A stretch of 64,000 bases of DNA, taken from assembly GCA_964057225.1 (NCBI GenBank), contig OZ059898.1, positions 18,476,001 through 18,540,000 on the forward strand, read 5' to 3'. The notes under the pieces are model-generated. The model worked only from the letters and a program-made list of their open reading frames with translations, had not been told where the DNA came from and made no database searches. The DNA comes from Auanema rhodensis (lineage: Eukaryota > Animalia > Nematoda). Both the position numbers and the translations under genes were made by a program. Shown in pieces: positions 15,001 to 30,000 of the stretch. Positions within the stretch are counted from its first letter, which is position 1. Every line of letters starts with the position of its first letter.

Positions 15001-18000
15001 AGAGATGCGGTTTTCAAAATTAGATTCCCCATGTCCATATTAGTCTAAAAACAAATTTTTATTGATATTGGTGCATGGTAACTATGACTTTGAAATTTAC
15101 GTGAACTTTAATTTATGCTAATTAAGTGTACACATGATGTGCACTTGGTATGTAACTCGCTTCACGTCAAAGATAAAGAGATGCGGTTTTCAAAATTAGA
15201 TTTCGCATGTCCATATTAGTCTAAAAACAAATTTTTATTGATATTGGTGCATGGTAACCATGACTTTGAAATTTACGTCAACTTTAATTTATGCTTATTA
15301 AGTGTACATGTGATGTGCACTTGGTATGTAACTCGCTTCACGTGAAAGATAAAGGGATGCGGTTTTCAAGATTAGATTCCCCGTGTCCATATTAGTCTAA
15401 AAACAAATTTTTGTTGATATTGGTGGATGGTAACCATGACTTTGAAATTTACGTGAACTTTAATTTATGCTAATTAAGTGTACACGTGATGTGCACTTGG
15501 TATGTAACTCGCTTCACGTGAAAGATAAAGAGATGCGGTTTTCAAAATTAGATTCCCCATGTCCATATTAGTCTAAAAACAAATTTTTATTGATATTGGT
15601 GCATGGTAACCATGACTTTGAAATTTACGTGAACTTTAATTTATGCTAATTAAGTGTACTCGTGATGTGCACTTGGTATGTAACTCGCTTCACGTGAAAG
15701 ATAAAGAGATGCGGTTTTCAAAATTAGATTCCTCATGTCCATATTAGTCTAAAAACAAATTTTTATTGGTATTGGTGCATGGCAACTATGACTTTTAAAT
15801 TTACGTGTACTTTAATTTATGCTAATTAAGTGTACACATGATGTGCACTTGGTATGTAACTCGCTTCACGTCAAAGATAAAAAGATGCGGTTTTCAAAAT
15901 TAGATTCCCCATGTCCATATTAGTCTAAAAACAAATTTTTATTAATATTGGTGCATGGTAACCATGACTTTGAAATTTATGTGAACTTTAATTTATGCTA
16001 ATTAAGTGTACACATGATGTGCACTTGGTATGTAACTCGCTTCACGTGAAAGATAAAGAGATGCGGTTTTCAAAATTAGATTCCTCATGTCCATATTAGT
16101 CCAAAAACGAATTTTTATTGATATTGATGCATGGTAACCATGACTTTGAAATTTACGTGAACTTTAATTTATGCTTATTAAGTGTACACGTGATGTACAC
16201 TTGGTATGTAACTCGCTTCACGTGAAAGATAAAGGGATGCGGTTTTCAAAATTAGATTCCCCATGTCCATATTAGTCTAAAAACAAATTTTTGTTGATAT
16301 TGGTGGATGGTAACCATGACTTTGAAATTTACGTGAACTTTAATTTATGCTAATTAAGTGTACACGTGATGTGCACTTGGTATGTAACTCGCTTCACGTG
16401 AAAGATAAAGAGATGCGATTTTCAAAATTAGATTCCCCATGTCCATATTAGTCTAAAAACAAATTTTTATTGATATTGGTGCATGGTAACCATGACTTTG
16501 AAATTTACGTGAACTTTAATTTATGCTAATTAAGTGTACACATGATGTGCACTTGGTATGTAACTCGCTTCACGTGAAAGATAAAGAGATGCGGTTTTCA
16601 AAATTAGATTCCTCATGTCCATATTAGTCTAAAAACAAATTTTTATTGGTATTGGTGCATGGCAACTATGACTTTTAAATTTACGTGTACTTTAATTTAT
16701 GCTAATTAAGTGTACACATGATGTGCACTTGGTATGTAACTCGCTTCACGTCAAAGATAAAAAGATGCGGTTTTCAAAATTAGATTCCCCATGTCCATAT
16801 TAGTCTAAAAACAAATTTTTATTAATATTGGTGCATGGTAACCATGACTTTGAAATTTATGTGAACTTTAATTTATGCTAATTAAGTGTACACATGATGT
16901 GCACTTGGTATGTAACTCGCTTCACGTGAAAGATAAAGAGATGCGGTTTTCAAAATTAGATTCCTCATGTCCATATTAGTCCAAAAACGAATTTTTATTG
17001 ATATTGATGCATGGTAACCATGACTTTGAAATTTACGTGAACTTTAATTTATGCTTATTAAGTGTACACGTGATGTACACTTGGTATGTAACTCGCTTCA
17101 CGTGAAAGATAAAGGGATGCGGTTTTCAAAATTAGATTCCCCATGTCCATATTAGTCTAAAAACAAATTTTTGTTGATATTGGTGGATGGTAACCATGAC
17201 TTTGAAATTTACGTGAACTTTAATTTATGCTAATTAAGTGTACACGTGATGTGCACTTGGTATGTAACTCGCTTCACGTGAAAGATAAAGAGATGCGATT
17301 TTCAAAATTAGATTCCCCATGTCCATATTAGTCTAAAAACAAATTTTTATTGATATTGGTGCATGGTAACCATGACTTTGAAATTTACGTGAACTTTAAT
17401 TTATGCTAATTAAGTGTACACATGATGTGCACTTGGTATGTAACTCGCTTCACGTGAAAGATAAAGAGATTCGGTTTTCAAATTTAGATTTCGCATGTCC
17501 ATATTAGTCTAAAAACGAATTTTTATTGATATTGGTGCATGGTAACCATGACTTTGAAATTTACGTGAACTTTAATTTATGCTAATTAAGTGTACACGTG
17601 ATGTGCACTTGGTATGTAACTCGCTTCACGTGAAAGATAAAGAGATGCGGTTTTCAAAATTAGATTCCCCATGTCCATATTAGTCTAAAAACAAATTTTT
17701 ATTGATATTGGTGCATGGTAACCATGACTTTGAAATTTACGTGAACTTTAATTTATGCTAATTAAGTGTACACGTGATGTGCACTTGGTATGTAACTCGC
17801 TTCACGTGAAAGATAAAGAGATGCGGTTTTCAAAATTAGGTTCCCCATGTCCATATTAGTCTAAAAACAAATTTTTGTTGATATTGGTGGATGGTAACCA
17901 TGACTTTCAAATTTACGTGAACTTTAATTCATGCTAATTAAGTGTACACATGATGTGCACTTGGTATGTAACTCGCTTCACGTCAAAGATAAAGAGATGC

Positions 18001-21000
18001 GGTTTTCAAAATTAGATTTCGCATGTCCATATTAGTCTAAAAACAAATTTTTATTGATATTGGTGCATGGTAACCATGACTTTGAAATTTACGTGAACTT
18101 TAATTTATGCTAATTAAGTGTACACGTGATGTGCACTTGGTATGTAACTCGCTTCACGTGAAAGATAAAGAGATGCGGTTTTCAAAATTAGATTCCCCAT
18201 GTCCATATTAGTCTAAAAACAAATTTTTATTGATATTGGTGCATGGCAACCATGACTTCAAAATTTACGTGTACTTTAATTTATGCTAATTAAGTGTACA
18301 CATGATGTGCACTTGGTATGTAACTCGCTTCACGTCAAAGATAAAGAGATGCGGTTTTCAAAATTAGATTTCGCATGTCCATATTAGTCTAATAACAAAT
18401 TTTTATTGATATTGGTGCATGGTAACCATGACTTTGAAATTTACGTGAACTTTAATTTATGCTAATTAAGTGTACACGTGATGTGCACTTGGTATGTAAC
18501 TCGCTTCACGTGAAAGATAAAGAGATGCGGTTTTCAAAATTAGATTCCCCATGTCCATATTAGTCTAAAAACAAATTTTTATTGATATTGGTGCATGGTA
18601 ACCATGACTTTGAAATTTACGTGAACTTTAATTTATGCTAATTAAGTGTACACATGATGTGCACTTGGTATGTAACTCGCTTCACGTGAAAGATAAAGAG
18701 ATTCGGTTTTCAAATTTAGATTTCGCATGTCCATATTAGTCTAAAAACGAATTTTTATTGATATTGGTGCATGGTAACCATGACTTTGAAATTTACGTGA
18801 ACTTTAATTTATGCTAATTAAGTGTACACGTGATGTGCACTTGGTATGTAACTCGCTTCACGTGAAAGATAAAGAGATGCGGTTTTCAAAATTAGATTCC
18901 CCATGTCCATATTAGTCTAAAAACAAATTTTTATTGATATTGGTGCATGGTAACCATGACTTTGAAATTTACGTGAACTTTAATTTATGCTAATTAAGTG
19001 TACACGTGATGTGCACTTGGTATGTAACTCGCTTCACGTGAAAGATAAAGAGATGCGGTTTTCAAAATTAGGTTCCCCATGTCCATATTAGTCTAAAAAC
19101 AAATTTTTGTTGATATTGGTGGATGGTAACCATGACTTTCAAATTTACGTGAACTTTAATTCATGCTAATTAAGTGTACACATGATGTGCACTTGGTATG
19201 TAACTCGCTTCACGTCAAAGATAAAGAGATGCGGTTTTCAAAATTAGATTTCGCATGTCCATATTAGTCTAAAAACAAATTTTTATTGATATTGGTGCAT
19301 GGTAACCATGACTTTGAAATTTACGTGAACTTTAATTTATGCTAATTAAGTGTACACGTGATGTGCACTTGGTATGTAACTCGCTTCACGTGAAAGATAA
19401 AGAGATGCGGTTTTCAAAATTAGATTCCCCATGTCCATATTAGTCTAAAAACAAATTTTTATTGATATTGGTGCATGGCAACCATGACTTCAAAATTTAC
19501 GTGTACTTTAATTTATGCTAATTAAGTGTACACATGATGTGCACTTGGTATGTAACTCGCTTCACGTGAAAGATAAAGAGATTCGGTTTTCAAATTTAGA
19601 TTTCGCATGTCCATATTAGTCTAAAAACGAATTTTTATTGATATTGGTGCATGGTAACCATGACTTTGAAATTTACGTGAACTTTAATTTATGCTAATTA
19701 AGTGTACACGTGATGTGCACTTGGTATGTAACTCGCTTCACGTGAAAGATAAAGAGATGCGGTTTTCAAAATTAGATTCCCCATGTCCATATTAGTCTAA
19801 AAACAAATTTTTATTGATATTGGTGCATGGTAACCATGACTTTGAAATTTACGTGAACTTTAATTTATGCTAATTAAGTGTACACGTGATGTGCACTTGG
19901 TATGTAACTCGCTTCACGTGAAAGATAAAGAGATGCGGTTTTCAAAATTAGGTTCCCCATGTCCATATTAGTCTAAAAACAAATTTTTGTTGATATTGGT
20001 GGATGGTAACCATGACTTTCAAATTTACGTGAACTTTAATTCATGCTAATTAAGTGTACACATGATGTGCACTTGGTATGTAACTCGCTTCACGTCAAAG
20101 ATAAAGAGATGCGGTTTTCAAAATTAGATTTCGCATGTCCATATTAGTCTAAAAACAAATTTTTATTGATATTGGTGCATGGTAACCATGACTTTGAAAT
20201 TTACGTGAACTTTAATTTATGCTAATTAAGTGTACACGTGATGTGCACTTGGTATGTAACTCGCTTCACGTGAAAGATAAAGAGATGCGGTTTTCAAAAT
20301 TAGATTCCCCATGTCCATATTAGTCTAAAAACAAATTTTTATTGATATTGGTGCATGGCAACCATGACTTCAAAATTTACGTGTACTTTAATTTATGCTA
20401 ATTAAGTGTACACATGATGTGCACTTGGTATGTAACTCGCTTCACGTCAAAGATAAAGAGATGCGGTTTTCAAAATTAGATTTCGCATGTCCATATTAGT
20501 CTAATAACAAATTTTTATTGATATTGGTGCATGGTAACCATGACTTTGAAATTTACGTGAACTTTAATTTATGCTAATTAAGTGTACACGTGATGTGCAC
20601 TTGGTATGTAACTCGCTTCACGTGAAAGATAAAGAGATGCGGTTTTCAAAATTAGATTCCCCATGTCCATATTAGTCTAAAAACAAATTGTTATTGATAT
20701 TGGTGCATGGCAACCATGACTTTCAAATTTACGTGAACTTCAATTTATGCTAATTAAGTGTACACGTGATGTGCACTTGGTATGTAACTCGCTTCGCGTC
20801 AAAGATAAAGAGATGCGGTTTTCAAAATTAGATTCCCCATGTCCATATTAGTCTAAAAACAAATTTTTGTTGATATTGGTGGATGGAAACCATGACTTTG
20901 AAATTTACGTGAACTTTAATTTATGCTTATTAAGTGTACACGTGATGTGCACTTGGTATGTAACTCGCTTCAAGTGAAAGATAAAGAGATGCGGTTTTCA

Positions 21001-24000
21001 AAATTAGATTCCCCATGTCCATATTAGTCTAAAAACAAATTTTTATTGATATTGGTGCATGGTAACTATGACTTTGAAATTTACGTGAACTTTAATTTAT
21101 GCTAATTAAGTGTACACATGATGTGCACTTGGTATGTAACTCGCTTCACGTCAAAGATAAAGAGATGCGGTTTTCAAAATTAGATTTCGCATGTCCATAT
21201 TAGTCTAAAAACAAATTTTTATTGATATTGGTGCATGGTAACCATGACTTTGAAATTTACGTGAACTTTAATTTATGCTAATTAAGTGTACACGTGATGT
21301 GCACTTGGTATGTAACTCGCTTCACGGGAAAGATAAAGAGATGCGGTTTTCAAAATTAGATTCCCCATGTCCATATTAGTCTAAAAACAAATTTTTATTG
21401 ATATTGGTGCATGGCAACCATGACTTCAAAATTTACGTGTACTTTAATTTATGCTAATTAAGTGTACACGTGATGTGCACTTGGTATGTAACTCGCTTCA
21501 CGTCAAAGATAAAGAGATTCGGTTTTCAAAATTAGATTCCCCATGTCCATATTAGTCTAAAAACAAATTTTTGTTGATATTGATGCATGGTAACCATGAC
21601 TTTGAAATTTACGTGAACTTTAATTTATGCTAATTAAGTGTACACGTGATGTGCACTTGGTATGTAACTCGCTTCACGTGAAAGATGAAGAGATGCGGTA
21701 TTCAAATTTAGGTTCCCCATGTCCATATTAGTCTAAAAACAAATTTTTGTTGATATTGGTGGATGGTAACCATGACTTTCAAATTTACGTGAACTTCAGT
21801 TTATGCTAATTAAGTGTACACGTGATGTGCACTTGGTATGTAACTCGCTTCGCGTCAAAGATAAAGAGATGCGGTTTTCAAAATTAGATTCCCCATGTCC
21901 ATATTAGTCTAAAAACAAATTTTTGTTGATATTGGTGGATGGTAACCATGACTTTGAAATTTACGTGAACTTTAATTTATGCTAATTAAGTGTACACGTG
22001 ATGTGCACTTGGTATGTAACTCGCTTCACGTGAAAGATAAAGAGATGCGGTTTTCAAAATTAGATTCCTCATGTCCATGTTAGTCTAAAAACGAATTTTT
22101 ATTGATATTGATGCATGGTAACCATGACTTTGAAATTTACGTGAACTTTAATTTATGCTTATTAAGTGTACACGTGATGTGCACTTGGTATGTAACTCGC
22201 TTCGCGTCAAAGATAAAGAGATGCGGTTTTCAAAATTAGATTCCCCATGTCCATATTAGTCTAAAAACAAATTTTTGTTGATATTGGTGGATGGTAACCA
22301 TGACTTTGAAATTTACGTGAACTTTAATTTATGCTAATTAAGTGTACACGTGATGTGCACTTGGTATGTAACTCGCTTCACGTGAAAGATAAAGAGATGC
22401 GGTTTTCAAAATTAGATTCCTCATGTCCATGTTAGTCTAAAAACGAATTTTTATTGATATTGATGCATGGTAACCATGACTTTGAAATTTACGTGAACTT
22501 TAATTTATGCTTATTAAGTGTACACGTGATGTGCACTTGGTATGTAACTCGCTTCGCGTCAAAGATAAAGAGATGCGGTTTTCAAAATTAGATTCCCCAT
22601 GTCCATATTAGTCTAAAAACAAATTTTTGTTGATATTGGTGGATGGTAACCATGACTTTGAAATTTACGTGAACTTTAATTTATGCTAATTAAGTGTACA
22701 CGTGATGTGCACTTGGTATGTAACTCGCTTCACGTGAAAGATAAAGAGATGCGGTTTTCAAAATTAGATTCCTCATGTCCATGTTAGTCTAAAAACGAAT
22801 TTTTATTGATATTGATGCATGGTAACCATGACTTTGAAATTTACGTGAACTTTAATTTATGCTTATTAAGTGTACACGTGATGTGCACTTGGTATGTAAC
22901 TCGCTTCGCGTCAAAGATAAAGAGATGCGGTTTTCAAAATTAGATTCCCCATGTCCATATTAGTCTAAAAACAAATTTTTGTTGATATTGGTGGATGGTA
23001 ACCATGACTTTGAAATTTACGTGAACTTTAATTTATGCTAATTAAGTGTACACGTGATGTGCACTTGGTATGTAACTCGCTTCGCGTCAAAGATAAAGAG
23101 ATGCGGTTTTCAAAATTAGATTCCCCATGTCCATATTAGTCTAAAAACAAATTTTTATTGATATTGGTGCATGGTAACTATGACTTTGAAATTTACGTAA
23201 ACTTTAATTTATGCTAATTAAGTGTACACATGATGTGCACTTGGTATGTAACTCGCTTCACGTCAAAGATAAAGAGATGCGGTTTTCAAAATTAGATTTC
23301 GCATGTCCATATTAGTCTAAAAACAAATTTTTATTGATATTGGTGCATGGTAACCATGACTTTGAAATTTACGTGAACTTTAATTTATGCTAATTAAGTG
23401 TACACGTGATGTGCACTTGGTATGTAACTCGCTTCACGTGAAAGATAAAGAGATGCGGTTTTCAAAATTAGATTCCCCATGTCCATTTTAGTCTAAAAAC
23501 AAATTTTTATTGATATTGGTGCATGGTAACTATGACTTTGAAATTTACGTGAATTTTAATTTATGCTAATTAAGTGTACACATGATGTGCACTTGGTATG
23601 TAACTCGCTTCACGTGAAAGATAAAGAGATGCGGTTTTCAAAATTAGATTCCTCATGTCCATGTTAGTCTAAAAACGAATTTTTATTGATATTGATGCAT
23701 GGTAACCATGACTTTGAAATTTACGTGAACTTTAATTTATGCTTATTAAGTGTACACGTGATGTGCACTTGGTATGTAACTCGCTTCGCGTCAAAGATAA
23801 AGAGATGCGGTTTTCAAAATTAGATTCCCCATGTCCATATTAGTCTAAAAACAAATTTTTGTTGATATTGGTGGATGGTAACCATGACTTTGAAATTTAC
23901 GTGAACTTTAATTTATGCTAATTAAGTGTACACGTGATGTGCACTTGGTATGTAACTCGCTTCACGTGAAAGATAAAGAGATGCGGTTTTCAAAATTAGA

Positions 24001-27000
24001 TTCCTCATGTCCATGTTAGTCTAAAAACGAATTTTTATTGATATTGATGCATGGTAACCATGACTTTGAAATTTACGTGAACTTTAATTTATGCTTATTA
24101 AGTGTACACGTGATGTGCACTTGGTATGTAACTCGCTTCGCGTCAAAGATAAAGAGATGCGGTTTTCAAAATTAGATTCCCCATGTCCATATTAGTCTAA
24201 AAACAAATTTTTGTTGATATTGGTGGATGGTAACCATGACTTTGAAATTTACGTGAACTTTAATTTATGCTAATTAAGTGTACACGTGATGTGCACTTGG
24301 TATGTAACTCGCTTCGCGTCAAAGATAAAGAGATGCGGTTTTCAAAATTAGATTCCCCATGTCCATATTAGTCTAAAAACAAATTTTTATTGATATTGGT
24401 GCATGGTAACTATGACTTTGAAATTTACGTAAACTTTAATTTATGCTAATTAAGTGTACACATGATGTGCACTTGGTATGTAACTCGCTTCACGTCAAAG
24501 ATAAAGAGATGCGGTTTTCAAAATTAGATTTCGCATGTCCATATTAGTCTAAAAACAAATTTTTATTGATATTGGTGCATGGTAACCATGACTTTGAAAT
24601 TTACGTGAACTTTAATTTATGCTAATTAAGTGTACACGTGATGTGCACTTGGTATGTAACTCGCTTCACGTGAAAGATAAAGAGATGCGGTTTTCAAAAT
24701 TAGATTCCCCATGTCCATATTAGTCTAAAAACAAATTTTTATTGATATTGGTGCATGGCAACCATGACTTTAAAATTTACGTGTACTTTAATTTATGCTA
24801 ATTAAGTGTACACATGATGTGCACTTGGTATGTAACTCGCTTCACGTCAAAGATAAAGAGATGCGGTTTTCAAAATTAGATTTCGCATGTCCATATTAGT
24901 CTTATAACAAATTTTTATTGATATTGGTGCATGGTAACCATGACTTTGAAATTTACGTGAACTTTAATTTATGCTAATTAAGTGTACACGTGATGTGCAC
25001 TTGGTATGTAACTCGCTTCACGTGAAAGATAAAGAGATGCGGTTTTCAAAATTAGATTCCCCATGTCCATATTAGTCTAAAAACAAATTTTTATTGATAT
25101 TGGTGCATGGCAACCATGACTTTCAAATTTACGTGAACTTCAATTTATGCTAATTAAGTGTACACGTGATGTGCACTTGGTATGTAACTCGCTTCGCGTC
25201 AAAGATAAAGAGATGCGGTTTTCAAAATTAGATTCCTCATGTCCATATTAGTCTAAAAACGAATTTTTATTGATATTGGTGCATGGTAACCATGACTTTG
25301 AAATTTACGTGAACTTTAATTTATGCTTATTAAGTGTACACGTGATGTGCACTTGGTATGTAACTCGCTTCACGTGAAAGATAAAGGGATGCGGTTTTCA
25401 AGATTAGATTCCCCGTGTCCATATTAGTCTAAAAACAAATTTTTGTTGATATTGGTGGATGGTAACCATGACTTTGAAATTTACGTGAACTTTAATTTAT
25501 GCTAATTAAGTGTACACGTGATGTGCACTTGGTATGTAACTCGCTTCACGTGAAAGATAAAGAGATGCGGTTTTCAAAATTAGATTCCCCATGTCCATAT
25601 TAGTCTAAAAACAAATTTTTATTGGTATTGGTGCATGGTAACCATGACTTTGAAATTTACGTGAACTTTAATTTATGCTAATTAAGTGTACACGTGATGT
25701 GCACTTGGTATGTAACTCGCTTCACGTGAAAGATAAAGAGATGCGGTTTTCAAAATTAGATTCCTCATGTCCATATTAGTCTAAAAACAAATTTTTATTG
25801 GTATTGGTGCATGGCAACTATGACTTTTAAATTTACGTGTACTTTAATTTATGCTAATTAAGTGTACACATGATGTGCACTTGGTATGTAACTCGCTTCA
25901 CGTCAAAGATAAAGAGATGTGGTTTTCAAAATTAGATTCCTCATGTCCATATTAGTCTAAAAACAAATTTTTATTGGTATTGGTGCATGGTAACCATGAC
26001 TTTGAAATTTACGTGAACTTTAATTTATGCTAATTAAGTGTACACGTGATGTGCACTTGGTATGTAACTCGCTTCACGTGAAAGATAAAGAGATGCGGTT
26101 TTCAAAATTAGATTCCTCATGTCCATATTAGTCTAAAAACAAATTTTTATTGGTATTGGTGCATGGCAACTATGACTTTTAAATTTACGTGTACTTTAAT
26201 TTATGCTAATTAAGTGTACACATGATGTGCACTTGGTATGTAACTCGCTTCACGTCAAAGATAAAGAGATGTGGTTTTCAAAATTAGATTCCTCATGTCC
26301 ATATTAGTCTAAAAACAAATTTTTATTGATATTGATGCATGGTAACCATGACTTTGAAATTTACGTGAACTTTGATTTATGCTTATTAAGTGTACACGTG
26401 ATGTGCACTTGGTATGTAACTCGCTTCACGTGAAAGATAAAGGGATGCGGTTTTCAAAATTAGATTCCCCATGTCCATATTAGTCTAAAAACAAATTTTT
26501 GTTGATATTGGTGGATGGTAACCATGACTTTGAAATTTACGTGAACTTTAATTTATGCTAATTAAGTGTACACGTGATGTGCACTTGGTATGTAACTCGC
26601 TTCACGTGAAAGATAAAGAGATGCGATTTTCAAAATTAGATTCCCCATGTCCATATTAGTCTAAAAACAAATTTTTATTGATATTGGTGCATGGTAACCA
26701 TGACTTTGAAATTTACGTGAACTTTAATTTATGCTAATTAAGTGTACACATGATGTGCACTTGGTATGTAACTCGCTTCACGTGAAAGATAAAGAGATGC
26801 GGTTTTCAAAATTAGATTCCTCATGTCCATGTTAGTCTAAAAACGAATTTTTATTGATATTGGTGCATGGTAACCATGACTTTGAAATTTACGTGAACTT
26901 TAATTTATGCTAATTAAGTGTACACGTGATGTGCACTTGGTATGTAACTCGCTTCGCGTCAAAGATAAAGAGATGCGGTTTTCAAAATTAGATTCCCCAT

Positions 27001-30000
27001 GTCCATATTAGTCTAAAAACAAATTTTTGTTGATATTGGTGGATGGTAACCATGACTTTGAAATTTACGTGAACTTTAATTTATGCTAATTAAGTGTACA
27101 CGTGATGTGCACTTGGTATGTAACTCGCTTCGCGTCAAAGATAAAGAGATGCGGTTTTCAAAATTAGATTCCTCATGTCCATATTAGTCTAAAAACGAAT
27201 TTTTATTGATATTGATGCATGGTAACCATGACTTTGAAATTTACGTGAACTTTAATTTATGCTAATTAAGTGTACACATGATGTGCACTTGGTATGTAAC
27301 TCGCTTCACGTCAAAGATAAAGAGATGCGGTTTTCAAAATTAGATTTCGCATGTCCATATTAGTCTAAAAACAAATTTTTATTGATATTGGTGCATGGTA
27401 ACCATGACTTTGAAATTTACGTGAACTTTAATTTATGCTAATTAAGTGTACACGTGATGTGCACTTGGTATGTAACTCGCTTCACGTGAAAGATAAAGGG
27501 ATGCGGTTTTCAAAATTAGATTCCCCATGTCCATATTAGTCTAAAAACAAATTTTTGTTGATATTGGTGGATGGTAACCATGACTTTGAAATTTACGTGA
27601 ACTTTAATTTATGCTAATTAAGTGTACACGTGATGTGCACTTGGTATGTAACTCGCTTCACGTGAAAGATAAAGAGATGCGATTTTCAAAATTAGATTCC
27701 CCATGTCCATATTAGTCTAAAAACAAATTTTTATTGATATTGGTGCATGGTAACCATGACTTTGAAATTTACGTGAACTTTAATTTATGCTAATTAAGTG
27801 TACACATGATGTGCACTTGGTATGTAACTCGCTTCACGTGAAAGATAAAGAGATGCGGTTTTCAAAATTAGATTCCTCATGTCCATGTTAGTCTAAAAAC
27901 GAATTTTTATTGATATTGGTGCATGGTAACCATGACTTTGAAATTTACGTGAACTTTAATTTATGCTAATTAAGTGTACACGTGATGTGCACTTGGTATG
28001 TAACTCGCTTCGCGTCAAAGATAAAGAGATGCGGTTTTCAAAATTAGATTCCCCATGTCCATATTAGTCTAAAAACAAATTTTTGTTGATATTGGTGGAT
28101 GGTAACCATGACTTTGAAATTTACGTGAACTTTAATTTATGCTAATTAAGTGTACACGTGATGTGCACTTGGTATGTAACTCGCTTCGCGTCAAAGATAA
28201 AGAGATGCGGTTTTCAAAATTAGATTCCTCATGTCCATATTAGTCTAAAAACGAATTTTTATTGATATTGATGCATGGTAACCATGACTTTGAAATTTAC
28301 GTGAACTTTAATTTATGCTAATTAAGTGTACACATGATGTGCACTTGGTATGTAACTCGCTTCACGTCAAAGATAAAGAGATGCGGTTTTCAAAATTAGA
28401 TTTCGCATGTCCATATTAGTCTAAAAACAAATTTTTATTGATATTGGTGCATGGTAACCATGACTTTGAAATTTACGTGAACTTTAATTTATGCTAATTA
28501 AGTGTACACGTGATGTGCACTTGGTATGTAACTCGCTTCACGTGAAAGATGAAGAGATGCGGTATTCAAATTTAGGTTCCCCATGTCCATATTAGTCTAA
28601 AAACAAATTTTTGTTGATATTGGCGGATGGTAACCATGACTTTCAAATTTACGTGAACTTCAATTTATGCTAATTAAGTGTACACGTGATGTGCACTTGG
28701 TATGTAACTCGCTTCGCGTCAAAGATAAAGAGATGCGGTTTTCAAAATTAGATTCCCCATGTCCATATTAGTCTAAAAACAAATTTTTGTTGATATTGGT
28801 GGATGGTAACCATGACTTTGAAATTTACGTGAACTTTAATTTATGCTAATTAAGTGTACACGTGATGTGCACTTGGTATGTAACTCGCTTCACGTGAAAG
28901 ATAAAGAGATGCGGTTTTCAAAATTAGATTCCTCATGTCCATGTTAGTCTAAAAACGAATTTTTATTGATATTGATGCATGGTAACCATGACTTTGAAAT
29001 TTACGTGAACTTTAATTTATGCTTATTAAGTGTAAACGTGATGTGCACTTGGTATGTAACTCGCTTCGCGTCAAAGATAAAGAGATGCGGTTTTCAAAAT
29101 TAGATTCCCCATGTCCATATTAGTCTAAAAACAAATTTTTGTTGATATTGGTGGATGGTAACCATGACTTTGAAATTTACGTGAACTTTAATTTATGCTA
29201 ATTAAGTGTACACGTGATGTGCACTTGGTATGTAACTCGCTTCGCGTCAAAGATAAAGAGATGCGGTTTTCAAAATTAGATTCCCCATGTCCATATTAGT
29301 CTAAAAACAAATTTTTATTGATATTGGTGCATGGTAACTATGACTTTGAAATTTACGTAAACTTTAATTTATGCTAATTAAGTGTACACATGATGTGCAC
29401 TTGGTATGTAACTCGCTTCACGTCAAAGATAAAGAGATGCGGTTTTCAAAATTAGATTTCGCATGTCCATATTAGTCTAAAAACAAATTTTTATTGATAT
29501 TGGTGCATGGTAACCATGACTTTGAAATTTACGTGAACTTTAATTTATGCTAATTAAGTGTACACGTGATGTGCACTTGGTATGTAACTCGCTTCACGTG
29601 AAAGATAAAGAGATGCGGTTTTCAAAATTAGATTCCCCATGTCCATATTAGTCTAAAAACAAATTTTTATTGATATTGGTGCATGGCAACCATGACTTTA
29701 AAATTTACGTGTACTTTAATTTATGCTAATTAAGTGTACACATGATGTGCACTTGGTATGTAACTCGCTTCACGTCAAAGATAAAGAGATGCGGTTTTCA
29801 AAATTAGATTTCGCATGTCCATATTAGTCTAATAACAAATTTTTATTGATATTGGTGCATGGTAACCATGACTTTGAAATTTACGTGAACTTTAATTTAT
29901 GCTAATTAAGTGTACACGTGATGTGCACTTGGTATGTAACTCGCTTCACGTGAAAGATAAAGAGATGCGGTTTTCAAAATTAGATTCCCCATGTCCATAT

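Noticed and set aside
20793-20812. CENP-B box in CTTCGCGTCAAAG variant monomers
   Set aside because: Matches only TTCG....A; the required CGGG is absent.
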